Below, piece by piece: positions 10,514 through 18,630 of a stretch of DNA of 64,000 bases (its first letter is position 1; each line of letters starts with the position of its first letter). The notes below the pieces were generated by a model. It was not told the DNA's origin and ran no database searches. It was given only the letters and a program-made list of their open reading frames with translations. The position numbers were made by a program, and so were the translations under genes. Source of the stretch: an uncultured Actinomycetes bacterium. GTDB taxonomy: Bacteria > Actinomycetota > UBA4738 > HRBIN12. The DNA lies in contig CAYUSA010000008.1 in assembly GCA_964447335.1 (NCBI GenBank), positions 4,863 to 68,862 of the forward strand, in the 5' to 3' direction.

Positions 10514-11785
10514 TCAGATGCGCGGCCGGAGCTCGCGCAGCGACTCGGGCAGGTACGGGTGGAGCGCCGAGGGGAGCGCCACCGACCCGTCCTCGCGCTG
10601 GTGGTTCTCCAAGATCGAGATGAGCGTGCGCGACATGGCCGTCGCGGTGCCGTTCAGGGTGTGCAGCGGCTCGACCTTGCCGTCGGCACGCCGCACGCGG
10701 GTCTGCAGGCGTCGAGCCTGGTAGTCCGTGCAGTTCGAGCAGGACGTGAGCTCTCGGTAGCGGCCCTGCCCGGGAAGCCAGACCTCGAGGTCGTACTTCT
10801 TCGCGGCGCTGCCGCCGAGGTCGCCGGCCGCGATGTTCACGACCCGGTACGGCAGCTCGAGGCTGCCGACGATCTCCTCCTCGATGCCGACCATGAGCTC
10901 GTGCTCGTCCCAGGAGTCCTCGGGGCGGCAGAAGCTGAACATCTCGACCTTGTCGAACTGGTGGACGCGGAACATGCCGCCCATGTCCTTGCCGTACGTG
11001 CCGGCCTCGCGCCGGAAGCACGTCGAGTACCCGGCGTAGCGCATCGGCAGGTCGGCGTCGTCGAGGATCTCGCCCATCCGGTACGCCGCGAGCGGGACCT
11101 CCGAGGTCCCGACGAGGTACAGCTCGTCCTCGGTCGTGACGTACAGGTTCACCTCGTCGGTCGGCAGGAACCCGGTGCCGTACATCGCCTCCTCGCGCAC
11201 GAGCACGGGCGGGATGACCGGCAGGAAGCCTTTGGCCGCAAGGATCCCGAACGCGTGCTGCACGAGCGCGAACTGCACGTGCACGATGTCGCCGAGCAGG
11301 TACACGAACCTGGACCCGCTCGTCCGGACCCCGCGCTCGGTATCGAGGATGCCGAGGAGCTCGCCGAGCGCGACGTGGTCCCTCGGCTCGAAGCCGAAGG
11401 CAGGCGGCTCGCCGTGCCGGCGGACCTCGACCGCGTCCTCGTCGGTGAAGCCGTCGGGAGCGCTCTCGTGCGGGACGTTCGGCGTCTGCGCGAGGAGCGC
11501 GGCGAGCGCCCGCTCGGCCTCCTCGAGCTTCGGCTCGTGCTCCTTCAGCTCCGCCGACACGCTCGCGACCTCGGCGATCAGCGGCTGTTTCTCCTCGCCC
11601 TGCGCGCGACCGATCGCCTTCGAGACCCGGTTCCGCGTCGCGCGGAGATCCTCGACGTAGGCGGTCAGCGCGCGCCGACGCTCGTCCAGCTCGAGCAGCT
11701 CGTCGACGGCCCCGGCGAGGTTGCGCCGTGCGAGCCCGACCCGGAACGGCTCGGGGTCCTCCCGGATCGCCCTGACGTCGAGCAA
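10514..11785 (-). CDS. serS: Serine--tRNA ligase
   Basis: MLDVRAIRE N-terminus, GTSEVPL, CFRREAG, RVHQFDKVE, ELTSCSNCTDYQARRL, HTLNGT. Confidence 0.98.
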   Translation of the reverse strand: MLDVRAIREDPEPFRVGLARRNLAGAVDELLELDERRRALTAYVEDLRATRNRVSKAIGRAQGEEKQPLIAEVASVSAELKEHEPKLEEAERALAALLAQTPNVPHESAPDGFTDEDAVEVRRHGEPPAFGFEPRDHVALGELLGILDTERGVRTSGSRFVYLLGDIVHVQFALVQHAFGILAAKGFLPVIPPVLVREEAMYGTGFLPTDEVNLYVTTEDELYLVGTSEVPLAAYRMGEILDDADLPMRYAGYSTCFRREAGTYGKDMGGMFRVHQFDKVEMFSFCRPEDSWDEHELMVGIEEEIVGSLELPYRVVNIAAGDLGGSAAKKYDLEVWLPGQGRYRELTSCSNCTDYQARRLQTRVRRADGKVEPLHTLNGTATAMSRTLISILENHQREDGSVALPSALHPYLPESLRELRPRI

Positions 11786-11786
11786 C

Positions 11787-12263
11787 CTACGGGGCCTTCT
11801 CGGACGCCGGCTGCCCCTCCGGCCGCTGCGGGGGTGCGGCCGGCTGATCTCCGGGCGCCGGCTGATCCATGATGCTCTGCCCCTGGAAGGTCGCGCCCTC
11901 CTCGATGACGAGGGTCTTGGAGGTGATGTCGCCGTCGACCCGGCCGCCGCGGGTGATCTCGGCCCGGCCCTTCACGACGATGCTGCCCTTGAACCGCCCC
12001 GCCACGGCGACGTTCTGCGCGCGGATGTCGGCCTCGACCTGGCTCTGCGCCGAGAGCGTCACGTCGCCGTCGGCGTTGATCTGCCCCTTCACCGCTCCGT
12101 CGATCCGCAGCGAACCCGCCGAGACCACGGTGCCCTCGAGCTTCGCGCCCTGGCCGACGATCGTGACCTCCCCGCTCTGCTGCTCTGCCATCCGCCGTCC
12201 CTCCGTCTCGGGTGGTGCCTGCTCCGTCGATGCCGCTTCCGCGTCCTCGCGGCGCCAGATCAT
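11787..12263 (-). CDS. Bactofilin / polymer-forming cytoskeletal protein
   Basis: TIVGQGAKLEG..SLRIDG.VKG.I...VAGRFKG...GRVDGDITSKTLVIEEGATFQG beta-helix pattern; alternative start ATG 12191. Confidence 0.88.
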   Translation of the reverse strand: MIWRREDAEAASTEQAPPETEGRRMAEQQSGEVTIVGQGAKLEGTVVSAGSLRIDGAVKGQINADGDVTLSAQSQVEADIRAQNVAVAGRFKGSIVVKGRAEITRGGRVDGDITSKTLVIEEGATFQGQSIMDQPAPGDQPAAPPQRPEGQPASEKAP

Positions 12264-12754
12264 GTCGCGTCCACCGCCTCCCGGGGCCGGTCGAGCGCCT
12301 GCCGGATCGCCTCTTCCTCTTCGAGCGACAGGTTGTAGCCGCTCTTCGCGGCGACGACCGGCTTGGCGTAGACGCGCGTGTCCTGCCGGCCGTTGATCGA
12401 GGTCACGACGACGCCGTTGCCGCGGTCGTCGAGCAGAGCGCACGAGAACGACAGCCGGCCGCCGACGTCCTCGAACGCGTCGTAGCGCACCAACCCGACC
12501 CGGCGCACCGCGCCCTCGATGAGCTGCTGCTGACCCTTGTCCGTGGAGTTCAGCGTCCGGACCGCGGCCTCGAGCCGCTGGATCCCGCGGGCGTGCCCCT
12601 CCAAGATCCCGCGCAGCGCATCGTCGAGGTGGATCGGGCCGCGAGGCTCGACGCGGCGGCGCCCCTGGCCGAGCGCCGAGAACACCAGCGCCAGCGCGCC
12701 GAGGGCGAGGGCGACGAGGACCATGAGGCTGAGCGTTTCGTTCGAGAACGTCAC
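12260..12754 (-). CDS. DUF4446 family membrane-anchored protein
   Basis: N-terminal TM; VGLVRYDAFEDVGGRLSFSCALLD..GNGVVVTSI.GRQDTRVYAKPV signature. Confidence 0.85.
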   Translation of the reverse strand: MTFSNETLSLMVLVALALGALALVFSALGQGRRRVEPRGPIHLDDALRGILEGHARGIQRLEAAVRTLNSTDKGQQQLIEGAVRRVGLVRYDAFEDVGGRLSFSCALLDDRGNGVVVTSINGRQDTRVYAKPVVAAKSGYNLSLEEEEAIRQALDRPREAVDAT

Positions 12755-12837
12755 GGTGGAAGGACTCCCCCCAAACGGGCATCTACCTGGGGTTCTGCGA
12801 AGTCCTAGACTATACGACCCGAGGCCTGGACCGAACG

Positions 12838-13611
12838 ATGAGGATCGCCTACTTCGACTGCATCGCCGGGATCTCCGGCGACATGGCCCTCGGCGCGCTG
12901 ATCGACGCCGGGGCCGACTTCGACGAGGTGCGCTCGCACCTCGCGAAGCTGCCGGTCGAGCCCTTCGACCTGAACGTCGAGGAGGTCGACCAGCAGGGCA
13001 TCCGCGCGCTCCGCGTGAGCGTGCATACGGCCTCGGTCGGCGTGATCCGCACGTACGGCAGCATCCGTGCGCTGCTCGACGCCGCGGACCTGCCGCCCGA
13101 GGCGCTCCGCGTGTCGCACCGCGTGTTCCGTGTGCTCGCGGAGGCCGAGGCGAAGATCCACCGCAAGGATGTCGAGTCCGTCACGTTCCACGAGGCCGAC
13201 GCCGTGGACTCGCTGGTCGACATCGTCGGCACGGCGCTCGCGCTCGCGTTCCTCGGCGTCGAGCGCGTGTTCGCCTCGCCGGTGCCGACGGGGTTCGGGA
13301 TGAGCCGCACCGACCACGGCGCGATGCCGATCCCCTCGCCGGCGGTCGTCGAGCTGCTCCGCGGCGCCCCGCTGTACTCCAAGGGCGCGACCGCAGAGCT
13401 CACGACCTCGACGGGCGCGGCGATCCTCGCGGGCACGGCCGAGGGCTACGGCGAGCTGCCCCCGCTCGTGGTCGAGTCGGTCGGGTACGGCGCGGGGACG
13501 CATCGGTTGGAGTTCCCCGACGTGCTCCGGGTGCTGATCGGCCAGGAGGGATCGCTCGGCGACCCCGTGCCGATCCGCCCGCGCCCCGAGGCAGGACCCT
13601 CGGGCGTCTGA
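12838..13611 (+). CDS. larC: LarC family nickel insertion protein, N-terminal domain only
   Basis: YFDCIAGISGDMALGAL, AEAKIH, FHE..AVDSLVDIVG, HGAMPIPSPA, ELTTSTGAA, VGYGAG; 257 aa, C-terminal LarC2 part absent. Confidence 0.85.
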   Translation: MRIAYFDCIAGISGDMALGALIDAGADFDEVRSHLAKLPVEPFDLNVEEVDQQGIRALRVSVHTASVGVIRTYGSIRALLDAADLPPEALRVSHRVFRVLAEAEAKIHRKDVESVTFHEADAVDSLVDIVGTALALAFLGVERVFASPVPTGFGMSRTDHGAMPIPSPAVVELLRGAPLYSKGATAELTTSTGAAILAGTAEGYGELPPLVVESVGYGAGTHRLEFPDVLRVLIGQEGSLGDPVPIRPRPEAGPSGV

Positions 13612-13641
13612 GGCTCGCGCCGGTCATCCGGAGCGAGGGAA

Positions 13642-13698
13642 CGCCGGGTGCTGCCCGAGCACGGCACGGGTCGCGCCGGCCGGGGCAGCACCCAGGCG
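13642..13698. terminator. GC-rich inverted repeat between convergent larC and small-peptide gene (putative terminator)
   Basis: GGGTGCTGCCC (13646-13656) / GGGCAGCACCC (13683-13693), extended by CGCC/GGCG. Confidence 0.55.
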
Positions 13699-13707
13699 GT
13701 ACCTGGT

Positions 13708-13800
13708 TCAGTTGGTCTTCCAGCCGGCGCCTGCGGCCATCAGGAACGCCGCGAGCCAGCCGAGGGAGACCATCAGTCGGCGGTACCTCTTCACGGGCAT
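13708..13800 (-). CDS. Unannotated small signal-peptide-like protein MPVKRYRRLMVSLGWLAAFLMAAGAGWKTN (putative signalling peptide precursor)
   Basis: Strong RBS AGGAGAGGAGG just upstream (fits ATG 13800 or GTG 13794); basic n-region, hydrophobic h-region, A-G-A then short tail; own promoter and downstream hairpin; below ORF-track size cutoff. Confidence 0.8.
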   Translation of the reverse strand: MPVKRYRRLMVSLGWLAAFLMAAGAGWKTN

Positions 13801-13828
13801 CGCCTCCTCTCCTGGCGGTACGGCCGTC

Positions 13829-13857
13829 GTATCGGCATCCTGCTGTCGGACCTTGAG
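13829..13857 (-). promoter_or_regulatory. sigma28 (FliA/WhiG)-type promoter for small peptide gene
   Basis: CTCAAG-N15-GCCGATAC on minus strand. Confidence 0.7.
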
Positions 13858-13907
13858 GGGATTCGGGCAAACGAACCCATGCCCCGACGGGGGGACCCCC
13901 AGGCACG

Positions 13908-13936
13908 CTCAAGGCAACGCCCGCCGGCACCGATAT
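13908..13936 (+). promoter_or_regulatory. sigma28 (FliA/WhiG)-type promoter for DUF5317-kinase operon
   Basis: CTCAAG-N15-ACCGATAT on plus strand. Confidence 0.62.
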
Positions 13937-13988
13937 CCCTCGCGAGGGTCATTGGAACCCTCAGCCCGACATGTCATAAAGGGAAACG

Positions 13989-14606
13989 ATGCTCCGGCTC
14001 CTGTTCGTCAGCATGTTCTCGGCGATCGTCCTCGGCTACCTGGCCCGTGGACGCCTCGGGAACCTCGCGGACACGCGATTCCGGTGGGGCTGGATCGGGA
14101 TCGCGGGCGTCGTGCTGCAGTTCCTGCCGGTGACCGGCCGACTCGGCGACCTCGTGCTCACGCTGTCGTTCCTGCTGCTGTTCGTCGTCGCCGGCGTCAA
14201 CTGGCGGCTCCCGGGATTCGTGCTCATCCTGGCGGGCCTGTGGATGAACTTCGTGGTCATCACCGTGAACCAGGGCATGCCCGTGACGCGTGAGGCGATC
14301 GTCGCCTCGGGGCAGGCGGACACCCTCAAGGAGCTGAAGCAGCTCGACAGCCCGAAGCACCACATCAAGACCGCGGACGATCAGCTCATGATGCTCGGCG
14401 ACCTCATCGGCATCCCCGCGCCGATCAAGCAGGCGGTGAGCATCGGCGACCTGGCCGCCATCGCGGGCGTGATGTGGTTCGTGATCGGTGCGATGCGCCG
14501 CCGCGTCGAGACCGCGGCCCTCCCGGCCGAAACCGTCTCGGAGCGGGCGGCCGGCGAAGCGCCGCCGGCGACGTCGCGCGTGGCCAGCGCCGCCGAGGTC
14601 TCCTAG
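13989..14606 (+). CDS. DUF5317 family membrane protein (possible LspA-like aspartic peptidase)
   Basis: GYLARGRLGNL, GLWMNFVVITVNQGMPV, H, LGDLI...SIGD motifs; ~6 TM. Confidence 0.85.
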   Translation: MLRLLFVSMFSAIVLGYLARGRLGNLADTRFRWGWIGIAGVVLQFLPVTGRLGDLVLTLSFLLLFVVAGVNWRLPGFVLILAGLWMNFVVITVNQGMPVTREAIVASGQADTLKELKQLDSPKHHIKTADDQLMMLGDLIGIPAPIKQAVSIGDLAAIAGVMWFVIGAMRRRVETAALPAETVSERAAGEAPPATSRVASAAEVS

Positions 14607-14608
14607 CG

Positions 14609-16165
14609 ATGGACCGCGACCTCACCGCCGAGGCCCCGCCCGCCCCCGATCGCGACAACTGGCGCTCGAATCTGTTCCAGCTCGTGATCGTCGTCCCGGT
14701 CCTCGCGTACGTCGTGGCGGCGTTCGTCGATCGACACGACGAGATCCTCGTGACCTCGGTGCTGCTGTTCATCGTGACGGTCGCCATCGTCGACCTCATC
14801 CCCGTCCCCGCGTGGGGCGGCATGCAGCTCTCGCTCAGCTTCCCGATCTTGCTCGGCGTCGCGATCGTGTATCCCCCGCCGGTCGCGGCCGTCATCGCGT
14901 TCCTCGGCTCGTGCGACCCCCGCGAGCTCCGGCTCGAGATGCCGGTGCTCCGAGCGATCTTCAACCGCTGCCAGATGGCGGCGTCGACCCTCGCCGGGAG
15001 CCTCCTGTTCCACCGGTTCGCCGAGGCCGACTCGGCGGTCGAGCGCCTCGTGGTCGGCGTCGTGATCGCCGCGATCTCCGCCTACGTCGTCAACGCGGTC
15101 AGCGTCGCGACCCACCAGGCGCTGTTCCGAGGGATCGGCGTCGTCCAGGTGCTGCGGAAGATGCACGGCGCGGCGCCATACGAGTTCCTGCTCTCCTACA
15201 TCGGGCTCGGGCTGTTCGGGGCGGTCATCGCGCGCTTCTACGTGACCGAGGGCTTCTGGTCGGTCGTGGTGTTCCTCGGGCCGCTCGTGTTCGCGCGCCA
15301 GATGTACTTCCGCAGCCGCGCGCTCGCGGACCGGCTGGCGGACCAGAACACGATCCTGGCGGAGCAGGCCGTGCGCCTCGAGCAGCTCCTGGAGAAGGAG
15401 CACCACACCGTCGACGAGCTCCGCGCGCTGAACCGGATGAAGGGCGAGTTCGTCGCCGTCGTGTCGCACGAGCTCCGCACGCCCGTCACGGCGCTGATGG
15501 GCTACGCGAAGACGCTCCGGCAACCGGAGTTCGCGAACGACCCCGTCATGCGCGCCGAGTTCCTCGAGCGGATGGAGCGGCAGAGCGACCGCCTGCTCCG
15601 CCTGGTCGAGAACCTGCTCACCGCCTCGAACCTGGAGAACCGCCGGGTGTCGGTCTCGGTCGGGCGCGTGCTGTTCGAGGACCTCGTGCGTGAGATCGTC
15701 GAGGGCCTCGCCGGCGAGGCGAGCCGCATCCACGTCGCGGTCCCCGAGGACCTGCCCGTCCTGTACACCGACCGCCAGCTCCTCAGCCGCGTCCTGCAGA
15801 ACCTGGTCGACAACGCGCTCAAGTACTCGCCCGACGGCTCGCCCTGTGAGCTCGAAGCCGTAGCCGCGGGTGACGCGGTCGTCTTCTGGGTACAGGACTA
15901 CGGGATCGGGATCCCGCCGGACGAGCAGCCGCGCATCTTCGATCGCTTCTACCAGGTGGACCAGTCGAGCACGCGGACCTTCCGGGGCGCGGGGCTCGGC
16001 TTGTCGCTCGTCCAGGACCTGCTGGGACATCTCGGCGGGACGATCGGGGTGGGGAGCACGCCGGGCGAGGGGTCCCGCTTCACGGTGACGTTGCCGGTGA
16101 AGCACCCGAGCATCCAGCAGCCCGCGGTCGCCGGCATGCCCGACGGCCTGTCGGCCGGGGCCTGA
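14609..16165 (+). CDS. Membrane sensor histidine kinase (multi-TM MASE-like input + HisKA + HATPase)
   Basis: About 7-8 TM N-terminal domain; EFVAVVSHELRTP, NLVDNALKYS, DYGIGI, FYQVD..GAGLGL; ATG 2 nt after DUF5317 stop. Confidence 0.92.
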   Translation: MDRDLTAEAPPAPDRDNWRSNLFQLVIVVPVLAYVVAAFVDRHDEILVTSVLLFIVTVAIVDLIPVPAWGGMQLSLSFPILLGVAIVYPPPVAAVIAFLGSCDPRELRLEMPVLRAIFNRCQMAASTLAGSLLFHRFAEADSAVERLVVGVVIAAISAYVVNAVSVATHQALFRGIGVVQVLRKMHGAAPYEFLLSYIGLGLFGAVIARFYVTEGFWSVVVFLGPLVFARQMYFRSRALADRLADQNTILAEQAVRLEQLLEKEHHTVDELRALNRMKGEFVAVVSHELRTPVTALMGYAKTLRQPEFANDPVMRAEFLERMERQSDRLLRLVENLLTASNLENRRVSVSVGRVLFEDLVREIVEGLAGEASRIHVAVPEDLPVLYTDRQLLSRVLQNLVDNALKYSPDGSPCELEAVAAGDAVVFWVQDYGIGIPPDEQPRIFDRFYQVDQSSTRTFRGAGLGLSLVQDLLGHLGGTIGVGSTPGEGSRFTVTLPVKHPSIQQPAVAGMPDGLSAGA

Positions 16166-16174
16166 CCCCGTCGC

Positions 16175-16438
16175 TCAGCCCGAGGTCTCGCGCTCGGCCA
16201 GGGTGCGCAGGTTCTGGACGTGGGCGCGCGCCTCGGAGCCATGCTCGCACACCATCTCGTCCTCGCAGGGAGGGTTGCCCTCCATGGTGAAGAAGTTGAA
16301 CCGGCACTCCGGGCAGAACACGTCGAGCGCCTCGGGCAGGTAGGGGCAGTCCCCCCACGAGCACGAGCGGACCCCCTCACCGGTGAAGATGTCGAACCCG
16401 CACCCCGGGCACTGGCGGAACCCTTCCCACTTGGCCAT
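16175..16438 (-). CDS. Small 8-Cys protein with duplicated CPxC..C..C metal-binding motif
   Basis: MAKWEGFRQCPGCGFDIFTGEGVRSCSWGDC...CPECRFNFFTMEGNPPCEDEMVC; GGAGG RBS upstream. Confidence 0.75.
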   Translation of the reverse strand: MAKWEGFRQCPGCGFDIFTGEGVRSCSWGDCPYLPEALDVFCPECRFNFFTMEGNPPCEDEMVCEHGSEARAHVQNLRTLAERETSG

Positions 16439-16525
16439 CACGTTGCCCTCCGACGTCAAGTCGTACGCCCGCACGGGAACGCGAGAGAGGGCCGAACGAC
16501 CCACGGGTGGTGCCCCCTTCGACCC

Positions 16526-17023
16526 TCAGGCGGTCGTTCGGCGGCGCGTGGACCTCGTGCGGTGGCCCACCGGCGCCGCGGCCACGGGCTCACCCTGCGC
16601 GAGCTTGCGGTCCACGGCCGCAACCTCGGCGAGCGACGTGACGGCAAGGGTGGAGCGGATCGCCTCGGAGGCCCTCGCCCACGTCGGGTGGAGCGCGCAG
16701 ACGTCGTCCCAGTGGCACGGACCGCCGCGCAGCGGACAGCGGCGGGAGATCAGGTAACCCTCTGCCGCCTCGATGACCTCGAGCACCGAGATCTCCGAGG
16801 GGTCGCGCAGGAGCCGGTAGCCGCCGACCCGTCCGGCCTTCGCCTCGGCCAGGCCCGCCTTCGCGAGCACCCCGAGGAGCTGCGGCGTGTAGCTGCGGGG
16901 CAGGTCCATCGCGTCGGCGACCTCGCGGATCTTGCAGTAGGCGCCGCTCCCGTCCCAGGTCCGAGCCAGGCAGATCGCGGCCCGGACGACGTAATCACCG
17001 CGCTTGGACAGGGTCAGATCCAT
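16526..17023 (-). CDS. Rrf2 family transcriptional regulator with Fe-S-type Cys motif
   Basis: DYVVRA, AGRVGGYRL, ISVLEVIEAAEG, CPLRGGPCHWDDVCALH; TAGACT -10 box 8 nt upstream (leaderless). Confidence 0.92.
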   Translation of the reverse strand: MDLTLSKRGDYVVRAAICLARTWDGSGAYCKIREVADAMDLPRSYTPQLLGVLAKAGLAEAKAGRVGGYRLLRDPSEISVLEVIEAAEGYLISRRCPLRGGPCHWDDVCALHPTWARASEAIRSTLAVTSLAEVAAVDRKLAQGEPVAAAPVGHRTRSTRRRTTA

Positions 17024-17172
17024 CGGGGCCCAGTCTACCTCGACGTTGATATCGCTTCCTCACGTTGAGTTCACTACTCTACGTTCCGCATCAGATGCCC
17101 GCTCTGGCTTCGCGGGGTGGCGGGCCGGCCCCTCCTCTCCTCGGCCGGTCCGCCCCCGCGGACTCCACCCGG

Positions 17173-17201
17173 CTCAGCGCTCGGCGTGGGCGCGCCGATA
17201 C
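17173..17201 (+). promoter_or_regulatory. sigma28-type promoter, leaderless transcript
   Basis: CTCAGC-N15-GCCGATAC ending 7 nt before ATG 17209. Confidence 0.55.
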
Positions 17202-17208
17202 CTCGGGC

Positions 17209-17799
17209 ATGGAGCGGGGCCCGGTCCGCACGTGGCACTACGTGGCGACGATCGCCTTCACCGGCATCTGCGCCTGGTTCGTGTTCCGTGTCGGTCAGCG
17301 GCCGCCCGGGCTCACGTACATGGACGTCGCGGTCCACGAGATCGGACACGTGCTGTTCCGGCCGTTCGGCGAGCTCACGATGCTCGTGATGGGCTCCGGC
17401 ACGCAGGTGCTGTTCCCGCTCGCGCTCGCGGCGTTCTTCCTCGGGGTGCGGCGCGACCCGCTCACCGGCGCCGTTCTCCTCGCGTGGGCAGGCGAGGCAT
17501 CCGGCGACGCCGCGATCTACGTGGCCGACGCCCCGCGCGGTGAGCTCCCGCTGCTCGGCGGCTCGGGCGAAGGGGACTGGACGCGGATCCTCGGCCCCGA
17601 GCACCTCTCGCGGATGCACCTCGCCGACGAGTACGCGCGGAACCTGCGCGTCGTCGGAGCCCTCCTCATGTTGGCCGCCGTGGGGATCGCCCTCGCCCAG
17701 CTGTGGCGGCTCTGCCACCCGGCCGCCGGGCGCGGGCGCACGGAGCCGGTCGCCGCGCGACCGAGGGTTCCGGCCGAGGAGATGTGGCGAGGGGCCTGA
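17209..17799 (+). CDS. Membrane protein with HExGH motif (M50B-like zinc peptidase)
   Basis: AVHEIGHVLF, GSG, IYVADA, GDW motifs; several TM helices. Confidence 0.72.
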   Translation: MERGPVRTWHYVATIAFTGICAWFVFRVGQRPPGLTYMDVAVHEIGHVLFRPFGELTMLVMGSGTQVLFPLALAAFFLGVRRDPLTGAVLLAWAGEASGDAAIYVADAPRGELPLLGGSGEGDWTRILGPEHLSRMHLADEYARNLRVVGALLMLAAVGIALAQLWRLCHPAAGRGRTEPVAARPRVPAEEMWRGA

Positions 17800-17800
17800 G

Positions 17801-18346
17801 CTAGCCACCCTCGCAGTGGTAGGGGCCCTCCTCGGCGGCGGACACCGTGTCGCCGCCGTCGGCGCCGTAGATGTCGTACCCCTCGCCACCATCGATGACG
17901 TCGCCGCCGTGGCCGTCGTAGGCCGACAGGCAGCTGTCGTCGCCCGGGCCGCCGTACAGCGCGTCGCGGCCGCGATCGTCGAACACGATGAGGTCGTTGC
18001 CGCCCTGGAGGTAGATCCTGTCGTCCCCCGGGCCGCCGAACCCCGTGTCCTGGCCGGCGCCACCTCGCACGACGTCGTTGCCTCGGCCCGCGTCGAACCC
18101 GTCGAGGCCCTTGCCGAGCAGGATCGTGTCGTCGCCGCCTCGGCCGTTCACGTAGTCGTCCCCGCCGAGCGCGCAGATGACGTCCGGCCCCGCCGTGCCG
18201 CTCAGGCTGTCGTCGCCGTCGGTACCGACGATCGTGCACTCGGGCGCGTACGGTCCGGCGCGCCTCTCGGCCACCGCCCCCGAAGGCGCGAACGCCGCCA
18301 CCGAGATCACCACCAGGACCGCGAGCGATGCGGCTCGTGCCCGCAT
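17801..18346 (-). CDS. Secreted calcium-binding protein with RTX/hemolysin-type GGxGxD repeats
   Basis: Signal peptide; CTIVGTDGDD, GRGGDD, GGAGQD, GGPGDD, GGEGYD repeats; GAGGAGG RBS. Confidence 0.85.
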   Translation of the reverse strand: MRARAASLAVLVVISVAAFAPSGAVAERRAGPYAPECTIVGTDGDDSLSGTAGPDVICALGGDDYVNGRGGDDTILLGKGLDGFDAGRGNDVVRGGAGQDTGFGGPGDDRIYLQGGNDLIVFDDRGRDALYGGPGDDSCLSAYDGHGGDVIDGGEGYDIYGADGGDTVSAAEEGPYHCEGG

Positions 18347-18446
18347 GGACCCCTCCTCTCGCCGGGTGCAAGGCACTGCATAACAGAGTCACTCGGGAGA
18401 TGCGAGACGACCGGGCGGCGCGAGGGGACGCGTCGCTTCGCTTCGG

Positions 18447-18530
<84 letters not shown>

Positions 18531-18630
18531 GGCGGGAGGCATGGTAGCAGCGGCCCGGCGGCGAGCCCGAGCGCGAGGCGGGGGTAGGATAGGCGCCGAA
18601 CGGGCCTCCGGCCTGGGAGAACGCCACGCC

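Noticed and set aside
13540-13710. Programmed frameshift extending larC into a LarC2 domain
   Set aside because: No slippery run and no LarC2-like sequence downstream; the space holds a hairpin and the convergent peptide gene.
13855-13905. Possible c-di-GMP-I riboswitch (GGGCAAAC at 13865)
   Set aside because: No GAAA tetraloop stem or GACGCAAAGC segment follows, and it lies between two divergent promoters, so is probably untranscribed; an Rfam cmscan would settle it.
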